A DNA stretch of 63,740 nt, the filler included, from Craspedostauros australis (lineage: Eukaryota): NCBI GenBank assembly GCA_030167865.1. It is 4 parts of 4 records of this genome, joined end to end, with 100 filler letters (N's around TTAATTAATTAA, not from the genome) between each part and the next. Parts side by side here need not be neighbours in the genome. Positions count along the whole stretch, not along the records: positions 1 to 30,445 come from JALAGF010006413.1; positions 30,546 to 58,979 come from JALAGF010006418.1; 2 more parts are not named here. One strand, given 5' to 3'. A model generated the notes under the pieces. The model was not told where the DNA came from. It worked only from the letters and a program-made list of their open reading frames with translations, and did no database searches. Below, piece after piece: positions 26,501-40,020 of the stretch. Position numbers and translations under genes: made by a program. The number at the start of each line of letters is the position of its first letter. Position 1 is the stretch's first letter.

Positions 26501-26979
26501 TTTTCGCTCGGTTCTATTGTGATGATGTGATGATGTGATGCGATGCACTTTCTGTGAGACAGTGACAATGGTTTGCAGGTTGAATTGTGAGGACCGCAGG
26601 ATGCCAGTCACTTTCAGCGCAAGTGTTGTCCTCGAGGTGCTGACGTTGCCTGGGTGCACCTTCTTCTGAGCCTTGGTCGCACACAAACACGCAAGCTTCG
26701 TTCTGAACACGGCCACGTCGAAAACGGCATCTTCCCGAACATAGTCTGCGTGTTTGAAAGGATCAGAACTTCAACTGTCGTGGTAGAACAGGGCTCGTGT
26801 CGGTTCTGGCCACGTATCAATCTATGCGATCAACAATCGTTGCACATGCTTGCTGTCGAACCCAAGGTGAAACGATTCATACTGACAGGCAAAGATTCAA
26901 GTTCTGGAAGATGAAGTTCTTCTGACGTGTTGTGTTGCATGCGACCAAGGATGCAGAGAATTCATCGGCAGCCTTCTAA

Positions 26980-27040
26980 CCGAAGATCCCTTCTGACCGA
27001 AGATCCCTTCTGACCGAAGATCCCTTCTGACCGAAGATCC
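26980..27040. repeat. 17-nt minisatellite (CCGAAGATCCCTTCTGA) x ~3.6
   Basis: Perfect tandem copies read directly. Confidence 0.9.
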
Positions 27041-27720
27041 ACTCAGTGTATGACTGCATGAGCTTATGGCTGTTTACGCACCTCGACCGTACCTGTTGCC
27101 CATGAAAGCGTACCACGGAAGGGACATGGAGTCGAGTGACACGCTCGTCAAGCAGATCGACAGAAGTCCGTTCGACCCAGATCGCGCCATTGCATACATG
27201 CAAGAGTCTCTGCATCTACGAGCTACATGGACCCATAGCCAAGTCCTCGTGATCAGAATGCAGCTGAAGTATGGTGAACCCTGCATTGAGGCGATTGCAT
27301 TTTGCGACCTTGACACTTCCACTTCAGAATGGCATCACAAGGAGGCTACTACTTTTGATGTTCATAGTGCTAAATAGAGTGTTATCCGCGTGGGATCTAC
27401 CTCATGCTTGTGTTGATGCATGATGCAATGGTCCACTGGGTATGTGTATGTATGTCTTTGATGTTCACTGGAAAATCCTTCTTGATGATCTTCCTCTCGC
27501 AATATTTGGAGGTGATCTCGTACTCATATGATGCCATAGGAGTACCTTGAGAGAGTGTGCCGAGTCTCTGCTTGATTTCACACAGGCGATCGGCATGGAT
27601 CTGTCCCAACAAACTATGGGGCTGTCGACTTCGATGTGCGCGACGTCTTCGCAGTTGTCGATGCACGCGAGGTATGGCGTGGTAGGTTGGGGAGGGTCGA
27701 TTGGGATCTCTGCCGACTGG

Positions 27721-28062
27721 TTACCTGCGCCTCAGCACCTTCATGAACCCCCGTTTTTTCTTGGACTTCATTTTTTCCAGCCCGCCAGCCAATTCGCATT
27801 TCAATTGGGCCAGCTCTGTTTTCAAATCCTCGGTTTGCTCGATGATCTCACTGTTGTCCTCTCGCAACTCTCTATTCTCATCTTGACTGGCTTCGAAGCG
27901 CTCTCGCAGTTCTTCAATCTGCTCGTCGTCCTCTGATGGCCACTCATTATCACTGTTCACGTTGCTCAATGCGATGTCCAAGCCTTCCAATGCGATAACG
28001 ATCATGAAACCGAGCGCCAGCACGAAAATGAGAATTAAAATGAGCGTCAGTGCGTCAAGCAT
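27721..28062 (-). CDS. Small TM + coiled-coil hypothetical protein
   Basis: MLDALTLILILIFVLALGFMIVIAL, then EQIEELRERFEASQDENRELREDNSEIIEQTEDLKTELAQLKCEL and a basic tail. The stop overlaps a possible donor (AG|GTAACC), so the 3' end is uncertain. Confidence 0.5.
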   Translation of the reverse strand: MLDALTLILILIFVLALGFMIVIALEGLDIALSNVNSDNEWPSEDDEQIEELRERFEASQDENRELREDNSEIIEQTEDLKTELAQLKCELAGGLEKMKSKKKRGFMKVLRRR

Positions 28063-29441
28063 CGTGAAAATGAGCGTCAGCGCGTCAACCGAGGTTGCTA
28101 TATACGCTTGCTTCGCTGTCTCTCGTGTGTGAGGCTGAGTGCTGTATTCTATTTGTTGTCGCGTTGAATCGTCTGTGCAACTGATTAGAGGGAAGAGAAG
28201 AGGGGACGATAGTTTAGATTCTGAAATTATGAGTGCTAGCAATGGCATGAACAACATGTGGCACCTCGCGAGGTAGTTTGAAAGAGCAACGAGAAACATA
28301 TAGCAGTAGGTACAATACATACGGTGAAGACAGTTCCGAAAGGATGCTCGCACCCTCGGGCCCAGTCGACGTCATCAGAACTCACGTGTTCTGACGGATG
28401 CAGGTTCCTTGATTCCTTCCTTCTCCCCCTTGGTCGCACGCCCCAGATGCCTGTCCACGCCACAACTGCACTTGCACTTGCGTTGGGATTTGGATCCTTG
28501 GCTCGCGTTAACGTTGGAACAGGGTTGCGCGCGTCGAGAACTGAGGCACAGATCTCCATTTGGTCGCTGTTGGGCGATGAAAGCACCCATGGAAGTCTCA
28601 CGCACACATCCACAGACCATCAGAACCGTGCCCACCAGAGGATGTGAGTACAGACCTACTGGCCGAAACTCCAGTGGGCACTTGCCTGTGTACAGATGTG
28701 TGCTCGATGCTGATCATGCCGTAGCAGGAAGGAATCAAGCGAAACACCTTTCGAGAAGGTCAAGCGTATGCTGACCTACACATGCCATACCATCCATCCA
28801 GAGCAGTTGTTGCGCCAGTATGTACTTTCACGAACCATTGTGGTTGGAGATACTATGGAGTCTCCACAAGTATGATATGACCCGTGTGAGGCAATAGCGG
28901 TGCGGTCCCTCCAGGATTCTTTGATTTTGGACCTTCAATTCAGATGAAACTTGACTAATATACACTTCAACATACTTAGATTCATAATCCGAGATTGAAG
29001 CTCTATGGAAGCCTTATTTATAAAGTTATGAGATGATGAAGTTGGGCAGGCTACCTCTACGACCTGCGCCAAACCGTAAACTGGGTCACGATAACGCTAG
29101 TTGTAGTGCCTATCCGCTTTTTGTGTCGCCCCCATTTGGGGCCACAAGGGGCCACAAGGGGCTACAGGGTCGAAGTAGTTGAATCCTGGTACAACTCTAC
29201 GGAGCCGCTACAAGAGAAACAGCACCAACTTGCAAAAAACACCAACATCCGCACTCTTTTGCTTCGGATTAACATTCACTCAATCCTACCAACACCAAAC
29301 TTTACCAGCTATCTGTCCTGCATCTGNTGCATCCCTCCCCGAAGTTTGGTGTTCACATCTCTTCTCCTCGTTGAGTTCTGCCACATCCAATATCGTCGGG
29401 TCCAGTCACTGAAAACTGGTGGCATCGCTTCTTCCTGCCAA

Positions 29442-30445
29442 TCATCCCCCCTGCGGCGTTTCACTTCCTTTCCTGCATTGCATTGGCTNNNNNNNNNNNN
29501 NNNNNNNNNNNNNNNNNNNNNNNNNNNNNNNNNNNNNNNNNNNNNNNNNNNNNNNCATGGTGTCTGGGTGTGTGGAACTACGCGGCCTTGAACCTGCGTG
29601 TTTCTCTGCATGGATTTCGAAACATCGTCGAAATATTCCATCGTACTCCTTCATTTCGCAGCACCAAACAGTTTGGCCTGGAGATCCCATTCGACAGTTC
29701 AGGCAATGGTGCCTTGACGAGTTCATGCATACACAGCATCTGCCCCGTTTCCCTCTCGTCATGAACCTGGCGATCCCCTGCTTCGTATGGTCAATCTTCC
29801 CGTTCCGGACTCTACCTTGGTGCTTTACCAAGTGATGGCCATTGATCAAGTCTGCTTGGGGCCACTCGGTCACCTGTGTCGTCGCACGGGCCACCTGTGT
29901 TGTCACATGGGCCGGACTGTTGGTTGTCAACGAAGACAAGGAGCCACCATTGCCACCACATTGCACTTCCGATGGCTGGTCGCTTCTCATCCTGGCAAAT
30001 GAGCTTGGTGGATCAGGGGCTTCGTTGTTGTGGAGCATGTCNNNNNNNNNNNNNNNNNNNNNNNNNNNNNNNNNNNNNNNNNNNNNNNNNNNNNNNNNNN
30101 NNNNNNNNNNNNNNNNNNNNNNNNNNNNNNNNNNNNNNNNNNNNNNNNNNNNNNNNNNNNNNNNNNNNNNNNNNNNNNNNNNNNNNNNNNNNNNNNNNNN
30201 NNNNNNNAGGATGTCCTGTCGAGCCTGGTTGTGGACGTCGACCTTGTTGCAGCTTTCAAAGTACTTCGAAGCGACACTCGGCCGATCCACTTTCTTTGTC
30301 ATGGGGGACCCATCGTCCGAGATCCACTTCGACAAATACGGCGCCCCGCAGCCTGCATGCACAGCTCCCGCGGAAAAGACGAAGCAGAGTACCTTAGCCT
30401 TGCAGTACTTGTACCCCAGTGCGTAGTACTTGTGGCCGCCGCACT
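29442..30445 (-). mobile_element. piggyBac-superfamily transposase, C-terminal part (gapped, 5' end lost at scaffold spacer)
   Basis: YALGYKYCKAKVLCFVF...GAPY, RPSVASKYFESCNKVDVHNQARQ (third-Asp region of the piggyBac DDD core) and a C-terminal Cys-rich domain RGRCCVC...HHCLNC...WCC...RRCFEIH. Confidence 0.8.
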
Positions 30446-30545
30446 NNNNNNNNNNNNNNNNNNNNNNNNNNNNNNNNNNNNNNNNNNNNTTAATTAATTA
30501 ANNNNNNNNNNNNNNNNNNNNNNNNNNNNNNNNNNNNNNNNNNNN
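30446..30545. other. Artificial scaffold spacer N44-TTAATTAATTAA-N44
   Basis: Exactly 100 nt, all-frame-stop palindromic linker at 30490-30501. Confidence 0.95.
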
Positions 30546-32858
30546 GAGAAGAATCCACCTTGATGCTCCTCCCAATCCATCGCGATGGTGTACACAGAGC
30601 TGCTCACGGCTACCACCATGAACACAACAGCAAACGCCAACAGGCTGTAAGATTGCATCGTGGCCCATGTCGGTGACCAGATGGGAACTCGGAGGATCTT
30701 GCGATGGAAAATGGCTGGCAGCAGCAAAGCCAGTGGCACGCTTGTCAGGGCACCCGTGAATGAGACGAGATCCTTGAAGAAAGGGATGGCGTTGGCAACG
30801 AGGAAAGTGGAGGCGACCATTCCGCTGGTGAGGATGAGCCACCTTCGTCTGTCTGTTGCAGACTCGAACAACTTCATCTTGGACAGGAAGAGTCTGTCCA
30901 TGGAGGCGCAGATGGCTTGCGAGTTGATTGCGTAGGAGACGACGACGTGGATCCAGAGAAGGAATCCCGCCACTTTGCGGTTGAGACCTCGCGGGATGAC
31001 ATCGAAGAGAAATCCAGGTGGATCTGTTGTTATCGTCGTCGTCAAAGCATGGAATGATTTCAGTTTCGTTTGATCCAATTTCATTCGATTTGAGACAGTG
31101 TGAGATGTTCAACATCGGATGGGATTTGCAAGTTGACGAAGGCTGGTGAGGTCGATGCCGAGGATTGGTGAGTTTGCATCAGCATGCATCATCAACATGC
31201 ATGGCATCAGGTGATTCATCTCACCAGATCCAAGATCGAATACCCTGATCACGACTTCTGCCGCGCATATCAACCACATAGGGATATTGTCGCTGTTGCA
31301 ATCATGGAAAACCTCTGATGCAACCCACTCTTCAGCAATAACAAAACAAAAATCAGGTCCTCAAGGACCATCGCACCTCCCAAAGCCGGCCATGCTCTAG
31401 TACTTTCTGCGGTATGATCGTCTTGTGCCACTTACTGTCGCCTGCAGCCAGGACTGCTCCAATGTACGTGATGCACATCGACCCCAGCGCAAGCGCCAGC
31501 GATCTGGGAGCCTCCTTGCGATCCCTCATCTCGTGGCGAACGTTCAGAAACAGCTTCTGCGAGCCTACTGCAAACCCGACGCCGCCAAGTGCGGATGACT
31601 TTCGAAAGAATGCCTCTGTGATAGATGTGGCGGTATCTGACTCATCATTTTGATCTCTCATGTTCTGAGAGTCGAGCTCACCTGCTTGATACCTCAGAGC
31701 ATACACGCATTGCCCCACAACCACGAATAGTGCGGCCAGTGATAAGAGTGATACCGAACGGCCCAGTGACGCCATGGTTTTGAGCTGGGATGCTCCGAGC
31801 ATGAGGGTGGAAGCGACGAGACCGGCCGTCGGGATGCAAATGCGATCTTCGCCGATCATGGCAGCGACAGCGTGGCTCATGACGAGGATGTAGTCGCCCA
31901 TCACCAGAAATACGTTGACGTAGAACAGCAGCATGACCCATTGGGTGGCGCTGTTGTTGTGGAACAGAGCTGATGACATCCCGATGAAATCGAAGGTTGC
32001 TGTGTCATGGTGCAGCGGGTTGTTAGTTGCGGCATGTTGGTTTGGCTCCGAATCAGTTCCACCGACGTCATTCCCATCGTTGTCAGGGCTGCATGGCTGA
32101 ACGGAGCTGAGGTTTGCCTCCCGGATGTCATCAAGATTCAAGCTGCCTGCAATTTCTACCGATGTTTCTGGCTCATCTTCGAAAGCATCGGCTCCCTTGG
32201 CATTCTTCGGTGCCACTGGGTTGGCTGTACCAGTATCATTCAAACTGCCAACGTCGCCATTTTCGTTTTCAGGATCCATGTCAATGCCCAACCTGGTAAT
32301 GCTGTCAACATCGATGTGAGCAGTGTTGCAAGTGCTTGGCTGCTTTCCATTTTGATTGAGCCTTTCATGATTGTGATTGGCGTGGTCGTTGTCACTTTGA
32401 TCGCAATCGCAATCGCAATCGCAATCACCATCGACATCGATTTCGATTGCCCCAGCAGAAGTGAGATTCTCAACCCTCTGCCTTGCTTCTACTATGGTGG
32501 CAGTCTGTGCCAGAATGACCCCAGCGTAGTAATTGATCGGGAGGTTCAGAACCATGAAAGCCAAGCCAGGAAAGGTTCCCATCGAGTGAATTGTGGCGGG
32601 CAATGCCAGTATCCCCGTTCCCATGAATTCGGCGACCAACAGCGCTGCGCCCTGTACGCAAGTGAGGTCATTAGTTGATGCCTCGTGGTAGTTGCTTCTC
32701 ACTGAATAGTCGTCGTCATGGTTCTCAGCATTTGGGACGATCGAGAACTTCGTGCTGGCGGAAAGCGTTGCCATCCCCTCAGACGGAGCAAGCTGACGGG
32801 TTCCGGTGACGCCGCTGCCAACGCCAGAATCGCCCAAGTTGGTCGCCGTCATCTCCAT
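30546..32858 (-). CDS. Amino acid/auxin permease (AAAP, Aa_trans) paralog 1; exons 32858-31436 and 31023-30546 (last codons lost in gap)
   Basis: GAALLVAEFMGTGILALP; multiple TMs; intron 31435-31024 (GTAAGT...ACAG) joins AGD-NPPGFLFD; ANAIPFFKDLVSFTGALTSVPLALLLPAIF. Confidence 0.87.
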
Positions 32859-33868
32859 GCTTCTGCGTCTGCTTGTGATGCTGATGACGATGACAATGCC
32901 ATTGATCCCACTTCCATGCTTGCCCCTCCTTGACGATCGAACAACTGGCGCTTGGATACCGAATGACAGGACGAATAAAGTAATTGTAGGCGCACCGCAG
33001 TCTTCTCTCTCGTGTTGCAGATGTCGCCATGCCGGTTCGCTGCCTACACACCATCAGTGTTTGTCGGTTGTCGGTAGGTGGTTGTTGGTGGTTGAATTAC
33101 TCCTTGTGTTCGCACGACAACACGACCACTGTTCGTTTGGATTCGGAACTTTTGTGAACTTTGTTGACATTTATTGGAACCGTGGTCGAAGTGGTCAAAC
33201 GCATCAAGTCACCAGTCACCAGTCACAGAGGCGAAAGATACGCAAGCCACAATGGCAAAACAAGAACACACAAAACAGGCACACACAAACACAGAAGCAC
33301 AGTGAAATGGCGGAAGCTGAACTGCAAACATCAGCAGCCACCCCACAATCCCCGTCCATCTCGGGAAATCAGCACCAAACTCATCACATCCATCTCGCAC
33401 ACAACAGTCCAGATTCCATTGGCATTGTCCAATGAGTCGCACAGTTATTTATCGTTTCTCGCCCACGTGCGAAAGTTGGCTTTTGTGCGGTTCTCTGGTG
33501 ACCTCCCAATCTACACGAGTACTATCCCTATCTTACTTGGGTATAGCATGCAAAGCTAGAATCTAGCTTCAATTGCAAAGCATGACGCTACGAGAAAAGC
33601 GTAATGAGCGCATGTGTCACCACACGTGACGCATTCTTTCTTTGACCCCAAGGAAATGCTCTGCTCGCCATGGCATACTTGATGTGTCCGCGTTGTCAAA
33701 GCACAGACATCATGCGAATATGATCTGCATTCGTTGCTTCATGCTGTACCAACTTCTCTACAACACCGGCGCAGAAGGCGCGGGGACGCAAGGGCAAGTA
33801 CATTTGGAATCCCGGCGAGGTACGAATAGGGAGAGTGGATCGGGGTGAACGACAAGCCTCCATCAGCA

Positions 33869-35789
33869 TTAGCTATGGCACGAGAAGAATCCACCTTGAT
33901 GCTCCTCCCAATCCATCGCGATGGTGTACACAGAGCTGCTCACGGCTACCACCATGAACACAACAGCAAACGCCAACAGGCTGTAAGATTGCATCGTGGC
34001 CCATGTCGGTGACCAGATGGGAACTCGGAGGATCTTGCGATGGAAAATGGCTGGCAGCAGCAAAGCCAGTGGCACGCTTGTCAGGGCACCCGTGAATGAG
34101 ACGAGATCCTTGAAGAAAGGGATGGCGTTGGCAACGAGGAAAGTGGAGGCGACCATTCCGCTGGTGAGGATGAGCCACCTTCGTCTGTCTGTTGCAGACT
34201 CGAACAACTTCATCTTGGACAGGAAGAGTCTGTCCATGGAGGCGCAGATGGCTTGCGAGTTGATTGCGTAGGAGACGACGACGTGGATCCAGAGAAGGAG
34301 TCCAGCCACTTTGCGGTTGAGACCTCGAGGGATGACATCGAAGAGAAATCCAGGTGGATCTGTTGTTATCGTCGTCATCGTCAACGTCGTGATCATGGTC
34401 GTCGCCATTGTTCGTTTGTGTAAGTTTGCGCGGGAGGCGCACATGGAGTTGAGGAAGCGGAGACATTTGAGATTGGTGAGTTTTGCGTCAATGCATTGCA
34501 CGTCCCTTGAGTGAATCGTATCCCAGAGCGCTTCATTCGTCTCTGGCACTCTCACTGCTATGTTGAATCAAGGATCACTTACTGTCACCGGCAACTAGGA
34601 CTGCTCCAATGTATGCAGCAGCCATCAGTACAAGCGAGAGGGCCAACGACAAGGGGGCTTCTTTGCGATCCTTCATTTCATGGCGGACGTTGAGGAACAG
34701 CTTCTGCGGAGTCACCGCAAAGCCGACTCCACCAAGCGCCGCTGACTTTCGGAAGAGCCTCGTGACGGCGGACTGCATGATTTCTGACTCGCCGTTTTCG
34801 TCCGACGGGTTCTGCGAATCGAGGTCATCGGCCTGGTATTGCAGCGCGTACACGCATTGCAGCACAACAATAAAAAGCGCGGCCAGCGAGACCACCGACA
34901 CGACGCGGCCCAGCGATGCCATGGTTCGGAGCTGGGACACTCCGAACATGAGGGTGGAAGCGATGAGACCGGCCGTCGGGATGCAAATGCGATCTTCGCC
35001 GATCATGGCAGCGACAGAGTGGCTCATGACGAGAATGTAGTCGCCCATCACCAGAAATATGTTGCCGTAGAACAGCAGCATGACCCATTGGGTGGCGCTG
35101 TTGTCGTGGAACAGAGCTGATGTCATCCCGATGAAATCAAAGGTTGCGGTGTCATGGTGCAGCAGCTGCTGCTGCAAGGCATTGCCATCTCCCTCATCCG
35201 TGCCAACGGGGGGACCCGATTGCAGCAACGAGCCGTAGCTTTCCTTGTGTGCTTCAGCAGCCAACATAGTGCTTGAGTGCTCCTCAGACAATTCAACTTC
35301 ATCCTCGAATGATTCGCCGCTCTTTTCTGCAGATGACATGGCTGTGATAGCCCTGTCTGGACCACGCGGACTGGTGCTGACATCAATCTTGATTGCCCCG
35401 GCAGACGCGAGGTTCTCAAGCTGCTGCCTTGCTTCCACGAAAACTGCAGCCTGCGACAGAAGCACCGCAGCGTAGTAGCTGACGAAGACGACGAAAACGA
35501 GGAATGCCATGCCGAATCCATCTCCCAAGGCGTAGACGGTGGCAGGCAATGCCAGTATGCCCGTTCCCATGCAGTCCGCGACCATCAGCACCGCACCTTG
35601 CACGTAGGTGAGATCGTTCGGCGATGCCTCGTGGTAGTTGCTACCCACAGAGTAGTCGTCATCATGTTTCTCGACATTTCGGAGGATGGAATACTTGGTA
35701 CTTTTGGAGAGCATCGTCATGCCGGCAGGCAGGGTGAGCACGCCTGAGGCAGGATGGCCGATAGCCGCTGGTGGTGTCTCCATGGTCAT
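33869..35789 (-). CDS. Amino acid/auxin permease (AAAP, Aa_trans) paralog 2; exons 35789-34583 and 34359-33869
   Basis: GAVLMVADCMGTGILALP; intron 34582-34360 at the same position and phase as in paralog 1; complete C-terminus (GGFFSCHS*). Confidence 0.88.
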
Positions 35790-36839
35790 TCTTCTGGTGA
35801 TGTTCCTTTTGTATGACTGATTGCAGGTGTTGGTCCCGGAAGTTGTTGTTCCAGTTGCTCTATTGGTAGAAAATGACGTTGTTATGCTTGTTGCTGTTGC
35901 TGCAGATACTTTTGTCAGTGCAGTGATTGTGATTCCGATGCTGATGCTAATGTCGATGATGATGACGACGACGACGATGCTGCTTTTGTGTTGACACCAA
36001 TCACGCGATTGCCTTGCGTTGGTGATTGAACTGCACAAGTACGTTATGTGTCTTGGCGATCGTCCCGTGTTGGCAACTGCGCGGATGACTGTACTGATCA
36101 TTCGTTGACACGAGACAAAAGATCGGCGAGGCAGCGATTCACGGCGTGTTCTGCTGTTGTCGCCGATCCATCTCCAGATGCCAGACACCTGTTGTGATGT
36201 CCATCAAAGATCAACGAAGACCACTGGAATGATTGGTGGAGGGAGCGAAGCAGCTTGTCCCTCATCTCTCTTCTCGGTGACCTCCCTGCGCAGCACAGCC
36301 ACACATCAGACCGCTGTCACGAAGAACAAATGAAATTCTCGGAACGCAACAGATGCCGACAACCATCGACAACTTCGACCCAAAGTCCGGAGTTTGCGCT
36401 GCCTCCCTCCGAATCGTGGATGCGAAAGTGAACCAACCCATCATCATCTGACTCACCACACGTCATCACAAAACCAGAACACCACCACATCGTCATCGAA
36501 CGAGCAACCGAAACCGAATCAATCGCGACAACGAACGATGAGCAAAAACATGGCAGACCGAAGAGGCAAAATGCGGCATCTGCGTGGCCAACGAGAACAA
36601 ACCAGCACAAGAATAGTGAAACGTGGCGAATCCGATTCGTTGCTCGTCTCTGATCCTTCACCTTTCGCCTTTCGTCTCTGCTCTCACGGCCATCGCAATC
36701 GCACTAATCGGTACCACACAGTTCCACACGACTGCTCATAGAATCGACCATTGCACCGAAGCAAAGCAAGCCGAGGAACTCGACGGCTTCAGCAAGGACG
36801 CTACTCAACAAACACGCTATTCTACACAAGCTTTTGACG

Positions 36840-39800
36840 ATGGTATCGCGGAAGAACCTCGCGCTGTTGGCCGTGTGCCTGCAGGCAACTCTCTCACCCT
36901 TCGCGGACGCATTCGTGCCGCCAATGCGACAGGCAGCATCGAGTACAACTACGAGTACGACCACGACCGCCACCAAAGCAATCCCGTCGCACGTATCCCT
37001 GGACGTCCAACTGCCATCATGGATCGTCGACGGAGGCAACTCGCTGCTCGATCAGGCGAAAACAGCCTCGTCGGCGATCGCGGCCGCATCTACCTCACCG
37101 GATGCCGCCGCGGGTCCCAATGCCGTGCAGACCCTCGTCACTAGCCTGCTATCCAACATCAACCTGCCGGACGGCGTGGATGCCAGCATCTTCAATGAGA
37201 AACTGGTCACAGCACTCTCCACCCCCTGGCATCTGGAGGCTGTCGCCGCGTTTACACTGGGCAGTTCGTTCCTCTGGTTCATCACGTCGCCGGACAACCA
37301 GAAGGACGCGCCTTACAAGCCGGGAACGACCACGTACGATCCCGAAGCCGCGGCCGAATTCTACTCAAAACGCCCGCTCTTGGTCGCCAAGCGCATCCTG
37401 CGACTTGCGTTCCTGACCGGCAAATTCAACACTGGCCTCATCTTCGACTGGCTGGTCCTGGGCAAGCTCTTCAAGGATGAAGAATACACCGCACTCAAAA
37501 AGGCCGAGCCACGTCGCGCGAAGGAGGCCTTGCGACTGTGCGAGCAACTGGGGCCCACCTTCATCAAGCTGGGACAGGCGCTCAGCATCCGTACGGATTT
37601 GATCCCGGAGGCGTACGCCTTGGAGCTCAGACAGCTGCAGGATGCCGTGCCGCCGTTCGACAGCGACGAAGCCTACGACGTTCTGAGAAGGGAGCTTGGT
37701 GTCAATGACCTCAACGAGGTCTTTACGTACCTTTCCGCCGAACCCGTGGCATCCGCATCCATTGGCCAGGTGTACCGTGGAACGCTGCGGGCCAACGGCA
37801 AGGACGTCGCCGTCAAGGTGCAACGTCCAGGCATCTTGGCAGAAATTGCGCTCGATCTGCATGTGCTGCGCGTCCTCACACCAATCCAAACCATCCTGCA
37901 GAATGCCGCAAACGGGGTCAAGACGTCGCAGGATGATATCGACACCGCCATTTCTCTCGTCGACGAATGGGGACGTGGATTCGTCGCCGAAACCGACTAC
38001 CGCCTCGAGGCGAAGAACACGAGGGACTTCGAGGCCGCCATGCGCAAGCGCGGTTTGGAGGCCGTCTGCGCGCCGCCGGTGGTCGACGAATACGTGAGAG
38101 ACGTCGTCCTGGTCACGGAATGGATCGAAGGAACGCGGTTGGATCGTGATGCGTCGCCGGATATTCCACGCCTTTGTGGTGTCGCCATCAATGCCTACCT
38201 CACCATGCTTCTGGACACAGGTGTTTTGCACTGCGATCCACACCCAGGTGCGTTCATTCATTTATCGCAGTACAACTCATGTTGATGTGCCAAACAGACG
38301 GCGTTGCACGACCATTGTTTGCTTTGACTTCAGCTTCTGTTCATCACTTGGCAGACACAAGCTCTGACACATGCACCAATGTGCTCATGATTTCGAATCA
38401 TCGACATTCCAACTCACACTTCATCCCTGTTGCACACATGCTCATCCGGATCAATCAACCAATCAATCAACACACATACTCCACGCAACAACACTGGTCA
38501 TTTCAGGCAACTTGTTGCGAACGACCGATGGCAAGCTCTGCATTTTGGACTGGGGCATGACGCTGGATGTCCCACCCAATCTTCAGTACGCCCTCCTGGA
38601 GCTGATTGCGCACATCAACTCCGAGAACTACGATGCTGTGCCACAGGACTTTATCAACCTGGGATTCTCCCCAGAGGGCGTCACAGCTGAGAAGTTGAAG
38701 GACAGCGGAATCACAGAGGGCCTCAGTTTCACCTTCCGCCAGCTCAGCGCAGGTGGTGGACCAAAGAAGATCCAGGAACGTGTCAAGGCGGAATTCCAGG
38801 AACGCTACGGATCTGACTTGTCCGACAAGGAACTGCAGGAGGCAGCCAGAGCGGAGATGATGCAACGCATGGAGCAGCAGCTGGAGTCCGAGGGCGTTGA
38901 CGTCAAGGGCGTCACAAATGTGATGGAGGAAATCTCTAGACGCAACAGAGAGCTCTTCCAGCTGCCACCGTACGTGCTGTACGTCGCAAGAGCATTCTCG
39001 ACCTTGGAGGGCATCGGCCTCAGCATCGACGAGAACTACGCCATCGTTCAGGAATGCTACCCGTATCTTTCACGCCGACTCTTCACGGATCGCAGCCCAC
39101 GTGCCAAGAGGGCTCTGCGCGCCATGCTTGGTCTGGCGGAGGATCCTGAGGAAGAGGACATGCAGGTGCACGCAGCATCCACGCCAAGCTCCCTCGCCAT
39201 CGTCCAAGCCGGTGCAAATGGAGAAGATGCACCCAAGAGCAACGCCATCCGGCCAAAGAAGCTGCTGGAGATGTCGGAGGGCTTTGCTTCATACACTGCC
39301 GCCACGGCCACCGTGGACCGTGACGGTGTCGGGCAAACAGCAGCCGCACAAGAGTTCGCCAAGCTGCTCCTGGATCCAAAGGGATCTACATTGCAGGACA
39401 TTCTTGTCGAGGAGACTGCCAGGCTCGGTGACGCGGCCACACGCGCCGCCCTCAAGGCATCCCTGGTCGAAAGCCCAGCTGCCAAGGTGGCGGCAAATGC
39501 TCTGCGCGTGCGCAAGGAATTGTTCGACCAATCGCCACTGTCCGGAATCCTGCCAAAATCCCTCAAGGCTGCGCTTGTGGACCGTCCCGCCGAGTTGCCT
39601 CAGCTTATTGAATCCGCGCTGGCCACAAGCGCCAACGATGAACGCATCCTCGACACAGCCACGGAGCTCAGGGAGGTTGTCACATCGCGTCTCTCATCCA
39701 CATCTTCATCTGACGGAGACGACAGCCATGACGCGACACCCGGCCTCACAAGTCAACCAAATATCGATCTAACATCTCTGTCATCAGCGTTGTCGGATGA

Positions 39801-40020
39801 CGAGACTCGCCAGCTTCTGGCCGAGCAGCTTCCTGGCGTTGCTACCCTCGGTCGTCGTGTCGGTGCTGGATTGCTGCGACGGGCAGCGTACCGGGCGGAG
39901 CAGACCTCGGAGCTTCCAGAGGACGCAAGAAAGGCGATCGCAGATGCAAACAAGTCTCTTGCCGATGTTTTGGATGTCAAAGAGGGATCTGAAAAGGCTG
40001 CCACGAAGGTGGAAACGTAG
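36840..40020 (+). CDS. ABC1/UbiB/ADCK atypical kinase, plastid-targeted; exons 36840-38247 and 38507-40020
   Basis: LGPTFIKLGQALSIRTDL, LQDAVPPF, VASASIGQVY, VAVKVQRP, LHCDPHP|GNLL across a phase-1 intron, LDWGM, FQLPPY; signal peptide ending ADA-FVP. Confidence 0.93.

Noticed and set aside
26980..27040. Short direct repeats as a CRISPR-like array
   Set aside because: No spacers, no cas genes, eukaryotic context; simple minisatellite.
30490..30501. TTAA repeats beside the piggyBac fragment as a target-site duplication
   Set aside because: The same 12-mer sits in N44 padding at three places, so it is an assembly linker.
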